A DNA stretch of 64,000 nucleotides from an uncultured Haloferula sp. (GCA_965652295.1 CBFGTS010000003.1:32001-96000); one strand, 5' to 3'. Counted from the stretch's first letter, positions 26,905 through 35,838 are shown. A program made the numbers and translations. Notes: generated from the sequence alone by a model not told the origin.

Positions 26905-27005
26905 ACAGAAAGCCCCGGTCTCTGGGGGGAGGAAGACCGGGGCCTTTTCGGGGGGGGGTAAGACAGCGTGGGGGACGCTTGCGGGGGGATGGTGCGCTCG
27001 CTTGA
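26905..27005 (-). ncRNA. Putative C-loop small RNA, copy A
   Basis: Minus-strand hairpins with CCCCC(A) loops; ACGCTGTCTT..CCCCCGAA core and upstream GGATCTACGCAG box shared with copy B; boundaries and strand inferred. Confidence 0.4.
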
Positions 27006-27119
27006 CGCGCCGGTAGATTCCCATGATTCCAGCGATTCGCAATCCCCCCAATTGGAGGCTGCGTAGATCCCCGCGGAGGAAAATTGACAACGCGGCCCGA
27101 TGTTCCCGATTCCTAAGAT

Positions 27120-27288
27120 ATCGAGGTGGTCGCAGAGCTTCTGCACCGCCTTGGATCGTGGATCGTAGGAACTTGTTGTCTGGGTCAGCCTGGGGGGCTG
27201 GCTCCCAACTTCAGAGCCCCTCGCGGGCTCGTTTCAGCGATCCGCGTGGGTGCCTGGCTTCTGGGGGGAAGCCGGGCACCCTTCTTTT
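27120..27288 (+). ncRNA. Putative G-loop small RNA ending in an intrinsic terminator
   Basis: TTGACA at 27084; hairpin GTCAGCC-TGGGG-GGCTGGC; terminator GGGTGCCTGGCTTC-TGGGGG-GAAGCCGGGCACCC-TTCTTTT (27248-27288); 5' end inferred. Confidence 0.4.
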
Positions 27289-27504
27289 CGACAAACGGAA
27301 TCTCCCAACCCCCGGCCACCACTGAGGTGATGGCTCCGGGGGCTGGGATCCGGCCCTAGAAGCCGGGTCACCCACACAGTGACGAGACCAAGTCTCCACC
27401 ATTCCCCCGTTCTAACAATCACGTCATGGAGGATACGTCTTCACGCGGGCGAACGGCCTCGGGCTGGAGGTCCTCTTGGCCAACTTGGCGATCCTGAGGC
27501 CGTT

Positions 27505-27610
27505 GAAAGAAAAAGGGAACGGCCCCACCCTCAGGGGAGAGGTGCGGAGCCGTTCGGGGGAAGACAGCGTTGAGTTCTGGGGGAACTGAGCCAAGCGATG
27601 CCCGCTCGCA
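27505..27610 (-). ncRNA. Putative C-loop small RNA, copy B
   Basis: Paralogous to copy A; minus-strand AGTTC-CCCCA-GAACT hairpin, ACGCTGTCTTCCCCCGAA core, terminal hairpin plus CCCTTTTTCTTTC. Confidence 0.45.
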
Positions 27611-27956
27611 AAATTGCAGGAATTCACCTCCCGGCAATCTCCTTCGAAGGAAATCTGCGTAGATCCCGCTGCCCGGATCGGAAACCACCCTCAGAAGATT
27701 CGGTTTCTGAGGTAGCGCTGGATTCTGGGACTTCGGTCCCTCCAATGATCGCGAATCATTGGGATCGGGCACTCCTTCTTTCAGAGCGAAGGGGGATGAT
27801 GGGCTAAAACCGAGATCCTCCCGCGAGGAACCGGGTCACTGACACTCCACAGTGTTTACGGCCGAATTTCCAGCCGAGAGACGCGAGACCGTCGGCCAAT
27901 TTCGGGTGAGGTATTTCCTTGAAATCGGACATCCGTCCGCCACATTGCCAAATATC

Positions 27957-28355
27957 ATGAACCCTTCCGTCCTAATCTCAGCATTATTCTTGGCGGGCAC
28001 CAGCGCTCACTCTCAAGATGCTTATGAAGGAGCAGCTGAAGACCTTGCGCTTCTCCGAGACACGCAGCAAATCGCTTCAGAGGGCGACTCTGGAAAAACC
28101 ATTCGAGCCTCAACTTCAAAGGCTATTGAAGCAGCGGAACGAGTTTTCTCCCACATTCCTATGCTCTTCAAGACGAAGAGTGAGGTGCTGCAGATCCTCG
28201 GCGATCCCGCCACGATCAGTGATTACGCAGCGCCTGCAAAGGCAGATGACAAGACCTTGATCTATCGCTTCGATTCCGGATACGGCGGGCTTCAATTTTC
28301 GATCAGCTTCCGCAACGACATTGCCCATACCGTGCAGATCGACGAATTTGAGTGA
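27957..28355 (+). CDS. Hypothetical secreted protein, lower GC than host
   Basis: Signal peptide MNPSVLISALFLAGTSAHS; KTKSEVLQILGDP resembles SmpA/OmlA (BamE)-like motif; many A/T-ending codons. Confidence 0.6.
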   Translation: MNPSVLISALFLAGTSAHSQDAYEGAAEDLALLRDTQQIASEGDSGKTIRASTSKAIEAAERVFSHIPMLFKTKSEVLQILGDPATISDYAAPAKADDKTLIYRFDSGYGGLQFSISFRNDIAHTVQIDEFE

Positions 28356-28531
28356 GGTATTGAATGAATGATTACTTCGGCTCCTCATTCTTCCGCCATG
28401 GATCACGCTTTTCTGATGATTTGACAGTTCAATTCTCCAATTACATCTGCTCTGGAGGTCGCGCTTCCCGGGGTGAATCGAGAATGTGGAATTGAGCGTC
28501 ATCGGTTCCCCCTCCCTTCCTCAAGGATGAA

Positions 28532-28606
28532 TGGTGCGCGGTGCAGGGTTCGAACCTGCGACCCCATCGGTGTGAACGATGTGCTCTACCACTGAGCTAA
28601 CCGCGC
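28532..28606 (-). tRNA. tRNA-Val(CAC)
   Basis: GCGCGGTTAGCTCAGTGGTAGAGCACATCG-TTCACAC-CGATGGGGTCGCAGGTTCGAACCCTGCACCGCGCACCA; 75 nt, encoded CCA. Confidence 0.97.
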
Positions 28607-28707
28607 TTTCACGCTGCCCTTTCGGGCGGGGCCGCAGTCTCTAGGGTACTCGCCCGGGCTTGGCAAGCGGCTTTGCAAAAAAGCCACGCTCGGGTATTCC
28701 AAGGGCC

Positions 28708-29598
28708 TTGAAGGCTTTCCACCACCTCCATTTCGCGGACATCGCCGCGCTCGCCGCGGACAAGCAAGCGGCGGGCCTCACCGCCAGCCTCTGCATCCCC
28801 ACGCTCAACGAGGAAGGCACCATCGCCCGCATCGTCGAAACCCTCCGCACCGCCCTGATCGACGCCCATCCGCTGCTCGACGAGCTGGTGGTGATCGATT
28901 CCGGCTCGACCGATCGCACCCGCGAACTCGCCGCCGACGCCGGAGCGGAAGTCGTGCTGGCTTCCGACCTCCTTCCCTTCCAAGGCACCCGCGCCGGCAA
29001 GGGCGAGAACCTGTGGAAGGCCGTCCATCATTGCCGCGGCAACCTCATCGCCTTCGTCGACGGCGACATCGGCAACATCCACCCGCGCTTCGTCACCGGC
29101 ACCCTCGGCCCGCTGATCCGCCATCCGGAAATCGGCTACGTGAAGGGCTTCTACGAGCGGCCTTTCCTCGCCACCGAGGGCGTCGATCCCCGCGGCGGCG
29201 GACGCGTCACGGAGATCCTCGTCCGACCGCTTTTCGATCGCTTCTGCCCGGAACTCGCCGGCCTCCACCAGCCGCTCGCCGGGGAATACGCCGCCCGCCG
29301 GGAAATCCTCGAGAGCATCCCCTTTCCCACCGGATACGGCGTGGAAACCGCCCACCTCATCGATGTCTGGCGGGCTCACGGGATTTCCGCGATCGCCCAG
29401 ACCGATCTCGACGAGCGTATCCACCGCAACCGCTCGCTGGCCGACCTCGGCCGCATGTCGGACCAGATCCTCGACGCCTTCCTGCCGCGCTTCCTCGACC
29501 AGCGGCCTGCCACCGACGAGCGACCGCCGATGATTTCGCTGCCCGACTATCGCGCGCGCTTTCCTGCCGCCGCCGCACGGTTTAGGAAGCTGGCGTGA
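28708..29598 (+). CDS. gpgS: Glucosyl-3-phosphoglycerate synthase (GT81)
   Basis: IPTLNEE, IDSGSTD, GKGENLWK, FVDGD, KGFYERP, GGGRVTEILVRP, QPLAGEYA, GYGVE, RIHRN; start approximate (TTG 28708). Confidence 0.9.
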   Translation: MKAFHHLHFADIAALAADKQAAGLTASLCIPTLNEEGTIARIVETLRTALIDAHPLLDELVVIDSGSTDRTRELAADAGAEVVLASDLLPFQGTRAGKGENLWKAVHHCRGNLIAFVDGDIGNIHPRFVTGTLGPLIRHPEIGYVKGFYERPFLATEGVDPRGGGRVTEILVRPLFDRFCPELAGLHQPLAGEYAARREILESIPFPTGYGVETAHLIDVWRAHGISAIAQTDLDERIHRNRSLADLGRMSDQILDAFLPRFLDQRPATDERPPMISLPDYRARFPAAAARFRKLA

Positions 29599-30041
29599 GC
29601 GATCTCCAAATCCGGCTGCTCGAACCCTCCGACCACCTCGCCGCCACCGGCCTGCTGGTCCATCTGAACCCCGACTGCCCGACCGATGTCCTGCTGCGGC
29701 GTTTCCGCACGATCATTGAGGAGCACCCCCACTATTTCCCCGTCGGGGCTTTTTCCGAAGACAAGCTGGTGGGTTTTGCAGGCGTCTGGATCGCCACCAA
29801 GATCTGGTGCGGGAAATACCTGGAGATCGACAACTTCATCGTCCACCCCGGGCATCGCTCCGAGGGCATCGGCACCTCGCTCATGGACTACCTCGAGGCC
29901 ATGGCCCAAGAGCACGGCTGCAACCTCCAGACGCTCGACGCCTGGACCACCAACCACGCATCGCACCGCCTCTACCTCCGTCGCGGCTTCGAAATCTGGG
30001 GCTTCCACTTCGTGAAACCGCTGGGATCGCTGGATCGGTGA
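29595..30041 (+). CDS. GNAT N-acetyltransferase
   Basis: LEIDNFIVHPGHRSEGIG acetyl-CoA motif, N..SHRLY.R.GF; overlaps gpgS stop (GTGA). Confidence 0.88.
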   Translation: MSDLQIRLLEPSDHLAATGLLVHLNPDCPTDVLLRRFRTIIEEHPHYFPVGAFSEDKLVGFAGVWIATKIWCGKYLEIDNFIVHPGHRSEGIGTSLMDYLEAMAQEHGCNLQTLDAWTTNHASHRLYLRRGFEIWGFHFVKPLGSLDR

Positions 30042-30066
30042 CCTGGCTCCGCGATCCCACGTCTCC

Positions 30067-31293
30067 GTGAACGTCCTCACCGTCCACTACCACCTGCGGC
30101 CCGGCGGCGTCACCGAGGTGATCCGCCAGAACCATCGCATCCTCACCGCTGCGGGCATCAATCACGAGATCCTCTGCGGCGACAACCCGTCCGAACTCCC
30201 CGCCGCCGTCGATCCGGCGTTCGACTACTCTTCCTCGGCAGCGGCGACCGGCTTTCCCGGATCACGGCTCCCGGATCACGAGGGACTTCTCCATTTCCAC
30301 AACCCCTGCCTCGGTAAAAACCCGGCTCTCACCGCCTCTCTCGCCAGCCTCGCCAACAGCGGCCGCGCCCTGCTTCTCCAGCACCACGACTTCGCCGAGG
30401 ACGGACGGCCCGAATTGCTCGCGGCGCTGCGGAAGATCGAGAACCCCTATCCGCTCGCTCCCCGCATCGGCCACGCCTTCATCAACACGCGCGACCGCGA
30501 AATCTTCCTCCGCGCCGGACTGCCCGAGGACCGGGCCTTCCTGCTGCCGAATCCGTTCTCACCGCGCCCGCTGCCACCGGTCGCCACCCACGGCCCCGCC
30601 GTCGTGCTGCACCCGATGCGCGGGCTGCCCCGCAAAAACCTCGGCGAGATGCTCCTCCTCGCCGCCTGCTCACCCCCCGGCACCCGCTTCCTCCAAGGCA
30701 GCGCGCCCGCGAACGAAACCTGGCGGGAGAACTACGAGGGCTGGCGTCGCTTCGCCGCCGAACTCGGCCTGCCGATCGACTTCGACGTCTTTCCGCACGG
30801 TCGCGACGACGCCCTCGCCCGCTCCACCCACCTCCTCACCACCTCCACCCAGGAGGGCTTCGGCATGATCCACCTCGAGGCTGCGGGACACCGCCGGGTC
30901 CTCGGCCGCCGCATCGCCCACCTCGCGGCCGACCTCGCCGGCTTCCCCGCCGACGGGCTCTACGACGCGCTGCTCGTCGCAGGCACCGACTTCGCCGCGC
31001 TCGGTGTGGACGACCAGCGGCGGGCGATTTCATCGGTCGTCTCCGGAAAACTGATCCCGACCGTCATCCACGGCGAACATCGTACTTCGCTGCCCGCCTG
31101 GCTGGCCGACCAGCTGTCGCTCCGCCCACCCGGCGACGCTTCCGCCGCCCTCGCGCGCCACGGCGACGCCGCCCATCTCGGCCGCCTCCTCCACATCGCA
31201 CGCACGCTTCTCGACGCGCCGGCCGGGCCGGTCACGGCGCTCGATCCCCGGAAGATCGCCGAGGCCTGGGCGCGCCATGAGAAGAGCGCCTAG
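30067..31293 (+). CDS. GT4-like glycosyltransferase
   Basis: HYHLRPGGVTEVI, HHDFAEDGR, R..PRKN.GE, EGFGMIHLE (E-x7-E). Confidence 0.72.
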   Translation: MNVLTVHYHLRPGGVTEVIRQNHRILTAAGINHEILCGDNPSELPAAVDPAFDYSSSAAATGFPGSRLPDHEGLLHFHNPCLGKNPALTASLASLANSGRALLLQHHDFAEDGRPELLAALRKIENPYPLAPRIGHAFINTRDREIFLRAGLPEDRAFLLPNPFSPRPLPPVATHGPAVVLHPMRGLPRKNLGEMLLLAACSPPGTRFLQGSAPANETWRENYEGWRRFAAELGLPIDFDVFPHGRDDALARSTHLLTTSTQEGFGMIHLEAAGHRRVLGRRIAHLAADLAGFPADGLYDALLVAGTDFAALGVDDQRRAISSVVSGKLIPTVIHGEHRTSLPAWLADQLSLRPPGDASAALARHGDAAHLGRLLHIARTLLDAPAGPVTALDPRKIAEAWARHEKSA

Positions 31294-31757
31294 TCGCCGC
31301 CTGCCTTGTTCTTCAGAAACGAGAAGATCTTCGAAAAGTTCGCCTTCAGCGAGTCGCCGGGAGCCGCCACGCGGAAGACGATCCGCGACGTCTTGCCCTC
31401 CGCCACGACGTTCGCGAGGTAGGTCCCGGGCGCGAGCGGCTTCTTGTCCATGGTGTCGCTCAACTTCACCTCCGCGGTGTTGTTGGCAAAGATCACCCCC
31501 GCCGCCTGCGCGTCCTCCACCGTTCCGTCCTCCTTGCAGGGAAAGGCGTTCACGATGAGCATCGGCACCTCTTTCTCCAGCTTCAGCGGCGCGTCCGGCG
31601 CGACAGGTTCCGGGATCTGGGCGAACAACTCGTTGCCATGTTCCATCACCGCCTTCTGTCCGCCGAGCGAGAGATCGAAGGGAAGAAAAAGCGGATGCTC
31701 GTCCGCATGGGCGAGCAGCAGCGACGCGAGCCAAAGAACGGAGGCGAGGATTTTCAT
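31290..31757 (-). CDS. Hypothetical secreted protein
   Basis: Signal peptide MKILASVLWLASLLLAHA; LAPGTY beta-sandwich-like motif. Confidence 0.65.
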   Translation of the reverse strand: MKILASVLWLASLLLAHADEHPLFLPFDLSLGGQKAVMEHGNELFAQIPEPVAPDAPLKLEKEVPMLIVNAFPCKEDGTVEDAQAAGVIFANNTAEVKLSDTMDKKPLAPGTYLANVVAEGKTSRIVFRVAAPGDSLKANFSKIFSFLKNKAGGD

Positions 31758-31814
31758 CCCCTCATCCAAGCGCACCGGCGGGATCACCACAAGCCCGCGG
31801 GCCAACCACCGCCG

Positions 31815-32666
31815 TCACACCTTGGCCAGCCCCAGCAGCTCGCGCAGCCGGCCGAGATCGGTCGCCGAGGACTTCGCCACGAAGCCGCGCGCATGGGCGA
31901 AGTGGACATCCGCCTCCGCCTCGATCCGCGTGAAGTCGAAACGCGGATCGTCATTGTGCCGGGACAAACCGTATCCCGCGCCGCGGCGGTCGGGATAGAC
32001 GAGCGCGGCGACCTCCTTGCCAAGCCCCACTTCCTCCAGATACCGCCCGATCCCCGCCGAGGGCTCCGCCGGCATCGGCTCGGTGCGCCGCAAAAACAAC
32101 ACCTTCAGGCCCTCCACCTCCCAGATTTCGGCATGCTCGCCCACGAAGCGCAGCCGCTCGCGCAGTGAGTGGAGATACTCGATCAAATCCGCCCCGACCC
32201 AACGCATCACCTCGTAAAGCGGCTCTCCCGGCTCCAGCCGCTGGCATTTCGCGAAGCGCCGCAAAAGCGTCACGTCCAGCGGCGAGTTCAGCCGCGCCAG
32301 CACGTCGCGTTCCACTCCCAACCATGCCGCCGTCGAGTTCGGCCCGGTCACGTCGAAGCGCTCGGTGGTTTCCAGCCAGTCGCAGAAACTACGAGCATCG
32401 TCGTACACGCCCAGGTCCATCAGCACCAGGCTCAGCGCGCAGCAGGGCGGCGCCTCGACCGGGAACTGGTGGTGATCGAAATTCCGCTTCGCCGGATCGT
32501 GATGTCCGCCCACATCGACGACCGCCACGCTTTCGTCATCGAGATCCTCCTGCGTCGGCTCCCGCCGCACGATGGGCACGCCGTGAACGCCCGCCAGCAC
32601 CGCGCAGGCGAGAAGTTCGTCCTTATGAGCGCTGCCGGGGTGGGTGAGGATCTGTCGAATGGCCAT
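31815..32666 (-). CDS. MYG1/UPF0160 family metal-dependent hydrolase
   Basis: THPGSAHKDE, VDVGG, FDHHQ, FAHARGF. Confidence 0.85.
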   Translation of the reverse strand: MAIRQILTHPGSAHKDELLACAVLAGVHGVPIVRREPTQEDLDDESVAVVDVGGHHDPAKRNFDHHQFPVEAPPCCALSLVLMDLGVYDDARSFCDWLETTERFDVTGPNSTAAWLGVERDVLARLNSPLDVTLLRRFAKCQRLEPGEPLYEVMRWVGADLIEYLHSLRERLRFVGEHAEIWEVEGLKVLFLRRTEPMPAEPSAGIGRYLEEVGLGKEVAALVYPDRRGAGYGLSRHNDDPRFDFTRIEAEADVHFAHARGFVAKSSATDLGRLRELLGLAKV

Positions 32667-32771
32667 GGCCGGGCATCCTTTTCACCCCGCCCCTGCAAGC
32701 AAGCGCCAATGCAAAAGCCCCGGGTCAGGGCTCCTACGTCAGGGAGAAAACGAGGACCACTGGCTGTTGGT

Positions 32772-32875
32772 GGACCAGGATGGATGGGATGGATGGGATA
32801 TTTGAAGCTGCCGGATGCGGTTTCCCTGCATTTCCACCTGCATTTCCATCCTATTCATCCCATCCATCCTGGTCC
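32772..32875. repeat. 28-bp inverted repeat built from GGAT units
   Basis: GGACCAGGATGGATGGGATGGATGGGAT (32772-32799) vs ATCCTATTCATCCCATCCATCCTGGTCC (32848-32875), 2 mismatches; CTGCATTTCC twice in the spacer. Confidence 0.8.
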
Positions 32876-33030
32876 CGAGATCCATTTTGTTCCAAGCAGG
32901 ACCCCGATGGCTCCCCAATGGAGGAGCACCGCCCCGGGTGCCGTGGCACTCCTCTTCGCGCCACCTTTGCTCAAGCTTTGCGAAAGACTCGGCCCGCACC
33001 GCCGTAAGCACGCAGGTGAAGGTCTGCTTC

Positions 33031-34143
33031 ATGACATCCATCGGGCTGGGAGCCGTGCTGGCCGCCGGTTGCGCCCAACAACAGGTGGCCGAGTCGGTCG
33101 CCGGTCATGCCATGGTCGAAGGCCGCCGCTACGCCGATGAGGTCAAGGCGCAGTCGCCCTTCGAGACGGTGCAGCTCCAGTGGAGCGAGGCCGAGAGCCT
33201 GATGGAAAAACGCAACCCCGATTTCCTCGCCGCCCGTGCGGAATACCATGCCGCTCTCGATCAGAAGCCCGTCGTCCGCGAACTCACCGACGAGGTTGCG
33301 GCGGCCGTGGACCTGTCGTTCGACGTGCTCAAGCCGGACGTCCTGCTCGAGTCCTTCCGTACCCCGGCCATGCAACTGCCGCGGCAGCTCGCCTCCTTGG
33401 GCAAGCTTAAGGACCTTTCCCACAGCATCGAACAGAACGCCTGGGAAAACACCGCACGCACCGTCGATGCCGAGATGCGGATGCGGAAGGAGAAGGTCGA
33501 ACTCCACCGGCTGCTGCGCCTCGGCGAACTCATCGACGACGAGATGGAACGCGTCACCGCCGCACCGCCTCCGCCATCCGACGCCGATCCGAAGCTGACC
33601 TCCGCCATCGATGCCTGGCGGGTGAAACTGCGCGACGAGCGGAAAAAGTGGCTCGGTGACGTGCGGAATTTCTTCGATGCCGAGTATCACGACGTGCGTT
33701 TCGTCAAGGACGAGGCCGGCCTGCCGACGTATCAGGACACCGTCCGTCCCGACCTCACCGAGTGGAAGCGGTGGTGCCGCCTCCGCCGCTCGCAGGAGCT
33801 GGTGGACGTGCTCAAGAAGGCTCACGAATCGAGCAAGCCCGCGATCCCCGGAACCCGCCTGGTAAAAAGCACGCTCAACGAAATCGTCCATCCCGACGAG
33901 CCCGCCATCGCGCCGACCCTCGATCAGGAATCCGTGCGCAAGGAAGTCCGCGAACTCATCCAGCATTGGCGGGAGATGAAGCAGGCCCAGGTCACGGCCG
34001 ATGGCCTGGAGAACGCCGATCCGCAGCCCGCCTTTGACGACATCGCCCGCGTCAACCGCCGCCAGGAAATCTTCAAGCTGCGCCAGCAGGAGATCCAACA
34101 CGCCGGCGAGGTCTGGATCGCCGACGAGCTTTGCTGGCGCTGA
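33031..34143 (+). CDS. Hypothetical alpha-helical lipoprotein
   Basis: Lipobox LAAGC; LQWSEAESLMEKRNPDFLAARA weakly TolC-N-like; start uncertain. Confidence 0.6.
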   Translation: MTSIGLGAVLAAGCAQQQVAESVAGHAMVEGRRYADEVKAQSPFETVQLQWSEAESLMEKRNPDFLAARAEYHAALDQKPVVRELTDEVAAAVDLSFDVLKPDVLLESFRTPAMQLPRQLASLGKLKDLSHSIEQNAWENTARTVDAEMRMRKEKVELHRLLRLGELIDDEMERVTAAPPPPSDADPKLTSAIDAWRVKLRDERKKWLGDVRNFFDAEYHDVRFVKDEAGLPTYQDTVRPDLTEWKRWCRLRRSQELVDVLKKAHESSKPAIPGTRLVKSTLNEIVHPDEPAIAPTLDQESVRKEVRELIQHWREMKQAQVTADGLENADPQPAFDDIARVNRRQEIFKLRQQEIQHAGEVWIADELCWR

Positions 34144-34272
34144 AGAACCGCCGCGGTCCGCGGGTTCACCGGCCATCGCCTGCGCTCCCGGCCGTTGCGG
34201 CTTTCGAAGGCTGGCTGATGATTTTTCCCACGCCCTCATCTCCCCGTCATCTTCACGGGATAGAGATCGGGC

Positions 34273-35253
34273 GTGAACCTCATCCATCCCATCGCCGCCC
34301 TCGCCTTCGGCACCTCCGCCCTCGCCGCGCCGGATTTCCGCATGGAGATCACCGACGAGCCCTGGCACCTCGCCGGATTCGAGAATCCGCTCGACCTCAG
34401 CGCGATCGCCGCCGCCACACCTACGACGGTCCTCGTAGGTAGCGACGAGCTCTTCCACGTCCAGCCGGGCGTGATGGAGGCGGGCAAGTTCCGCATCGAG
34501 TCCCGCCGGCCGATCCCCCTTCCGGTCGAGTCCGCGGACGACAAGACGGAGGTCGACATCGAGGGCATCGCCTGGTCGCCCGAAACCTCCGCCTACTACG
34601 TCACCGGCTCCCACGGCGTGGGAAAAAAGAAGGGGGATCGACAACCCGACCGCCTCACGATCTTCCGCGTGCCGGTGCGACCGGATGGCTCGATCCGGGA
34701 AAAGGACATCGACCGCGCTTCGCTCCAGCCGTGGATCCGCCGGACCAAGGTCCTCGAGCCATTCCTGAACGAACCTTTGCAGAAAAACGGGCTCAACATC
34801 GAGGGGCTCACCGCCCGCAACGGCCTGCTCTTCATCGGTCTGCGCGCACCGAACATCGATGGCGACGGGATCGTTCTCGAAATCCCCGCCGACGCTGCTT
34901 TCACCGACTCCCCCGCGGCGATGAGGCTCCACCGCATCCCTATCGGCGAAGGCCGCGGGATCCGCGAAATCGTCGCCGTGAAGGACGGCTTCGTCCTGGT
35001 CACCGGAAACGCAAGCGCACCGCCCACCAAGAAGATTCCCGTGAGTGAGGTGGACAGCCCGGACACGCGCTTCGACCTGCTCTTCTGGAATGGCCGCGAC
35101 CCCCGCGCCAAGACCCTCGGCACGCTGCCGGAAAACGGCGGCAAGGCGGAAGGCCTGCTGGTGCTCGAGGATACCCCGGAGCACGTCAAGCTGCTGGTCG
35201 TCTTCGACAGCCTCCTCGCCGGCCAACCGACGAGTGTCCTGCTGCACCGCTGA
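34273..35253 (+). CDS. Secreted DUF3616-like beta-propeller protein
   Basis: DLSAI, VGSDE, DIEGIA, YVTGSH, GLNIEGL, IGLRAP, GIREI, KAEGL. Confidence 0.8.
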   Translation: MNLIHPIAALAFGTSALAAPDFRMEITDEPWHLAGFENPLDLSAIAAATPTTVLVGSDELFHVQPGVMEAGKFRIESRRPIPLPVESADDKTEVDIEGIAWSPETSAYYVTGSHGVGKKKGDRQPDRLTIFRVPVRPDGSIREKDIDRASLQPWIRRTKVLEPFLNEPLQKNGLNIEGLTARNGLLFIGLRAPNIDGDGIVLEIPADAAFTDSPAAMRLHRIPIGEGRGIREIVAVKDGFVLVTGNASAPPTKKIPVSEVDSPDTRFDLLFWNGRDPRAKTLGTLPENGGKAEGLLVLEDTPEHVKLLVVFDSLLAGQPTSVLLHR

Positions 35254-35298
35254 GATTTTCTCCAACCCCAACTCCAACCACGAAACCAAAGAGATATC

Positions 35299-35769
35299 AT
35301 GAAACCGACACCCGCCATTCTGGCCCTGACCCTGACCACCGGATTCGCCCTCGCCGATGACGACGGCCGCGAACTCCGCCTCGAAGATTGCCCGGCTCCG
35401 GTCCGCTCCACCATCGAATCGAACGCCCGCGGCGGCCACGTCGAGGAAGTCGAGCACATCGCCATCGGCGATCGCGAAATCTACCTCGCCGAAATCGACC
35501 TCCCCGGCGATCTCGACCTCACCGTGCATGTCCTCGGAAACGGCTCGCTTGTGAAGACCCGCGAGGACGTGGCGAAGGAGGCCATCCCCGCCTTCGCTTC
35601 CAGCCTCGCCAGTGACCGCGGCGGCCACCTGGACGACGTGGACAAGGAGGTCGCCTCCGGGAAGACCACCTATCACATCGAGATCGACCGCCGAGGCCAG
35701 CCCGACCTCGACCTCATCACCGACGAAGCCGGCAAGATCCTGCGCGAGACCGAGGAGCACGACGATTGA
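35299..35769 (+). CDS. Secreted PepSY-like / BLIP-like (DUF2874-type) repeat protein
   Basis: Signal peptide; two repeats (CPAPVRSTI...YLAEI...GSLVK; IPAFAS...YHIEI...GKIL). Confidence 0.72.
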   Translation: MKPTPAILALTLTTGFALADDDGRELRLEDCPAPVRSTIESNARGGHVEEVEHIAIGDREIYLAEIDLPGDLDLTVHVLGNGSLVKTREDVAKEAIPAFASSLASDRGGHLDDVDKEVASGKTTYHIEIDRRGQPDLDLITDEAGKILRETEEHDD

Positions 35770-35838
35770 TCGCCGGGAGATCGCGCAAGCCGGAGGTGGA
35801 CGGGTTCCACCTCCGGTTTCATCTTGGAGCCCCACCGC

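Noticed and set aside
27338..27401. tRNA-Ala-like mini-structure: GGGGGCT/AGTCTCC acceptor-like stem with G3-U70, then ACCA, enclosing two 5-bp stems with 7-nt loops
   Set aside because: Only 64 nt, no TTC T-loop or D-loop consensus, 7-nt gap before the 3' strand, and both strands have competing hairpins (27303-27348; GAGAC-CAA-GTCTC). Probably chance; ARAGORN/tRNAscan-SE and 3' end mapping would settle it
32739..33041. 100-aa minus-strand ORF with RMDGMNRMEMQVEMQ repeats
   Set aside because: Translation of the GGAT inverted-repeat element; no evidence it is coding
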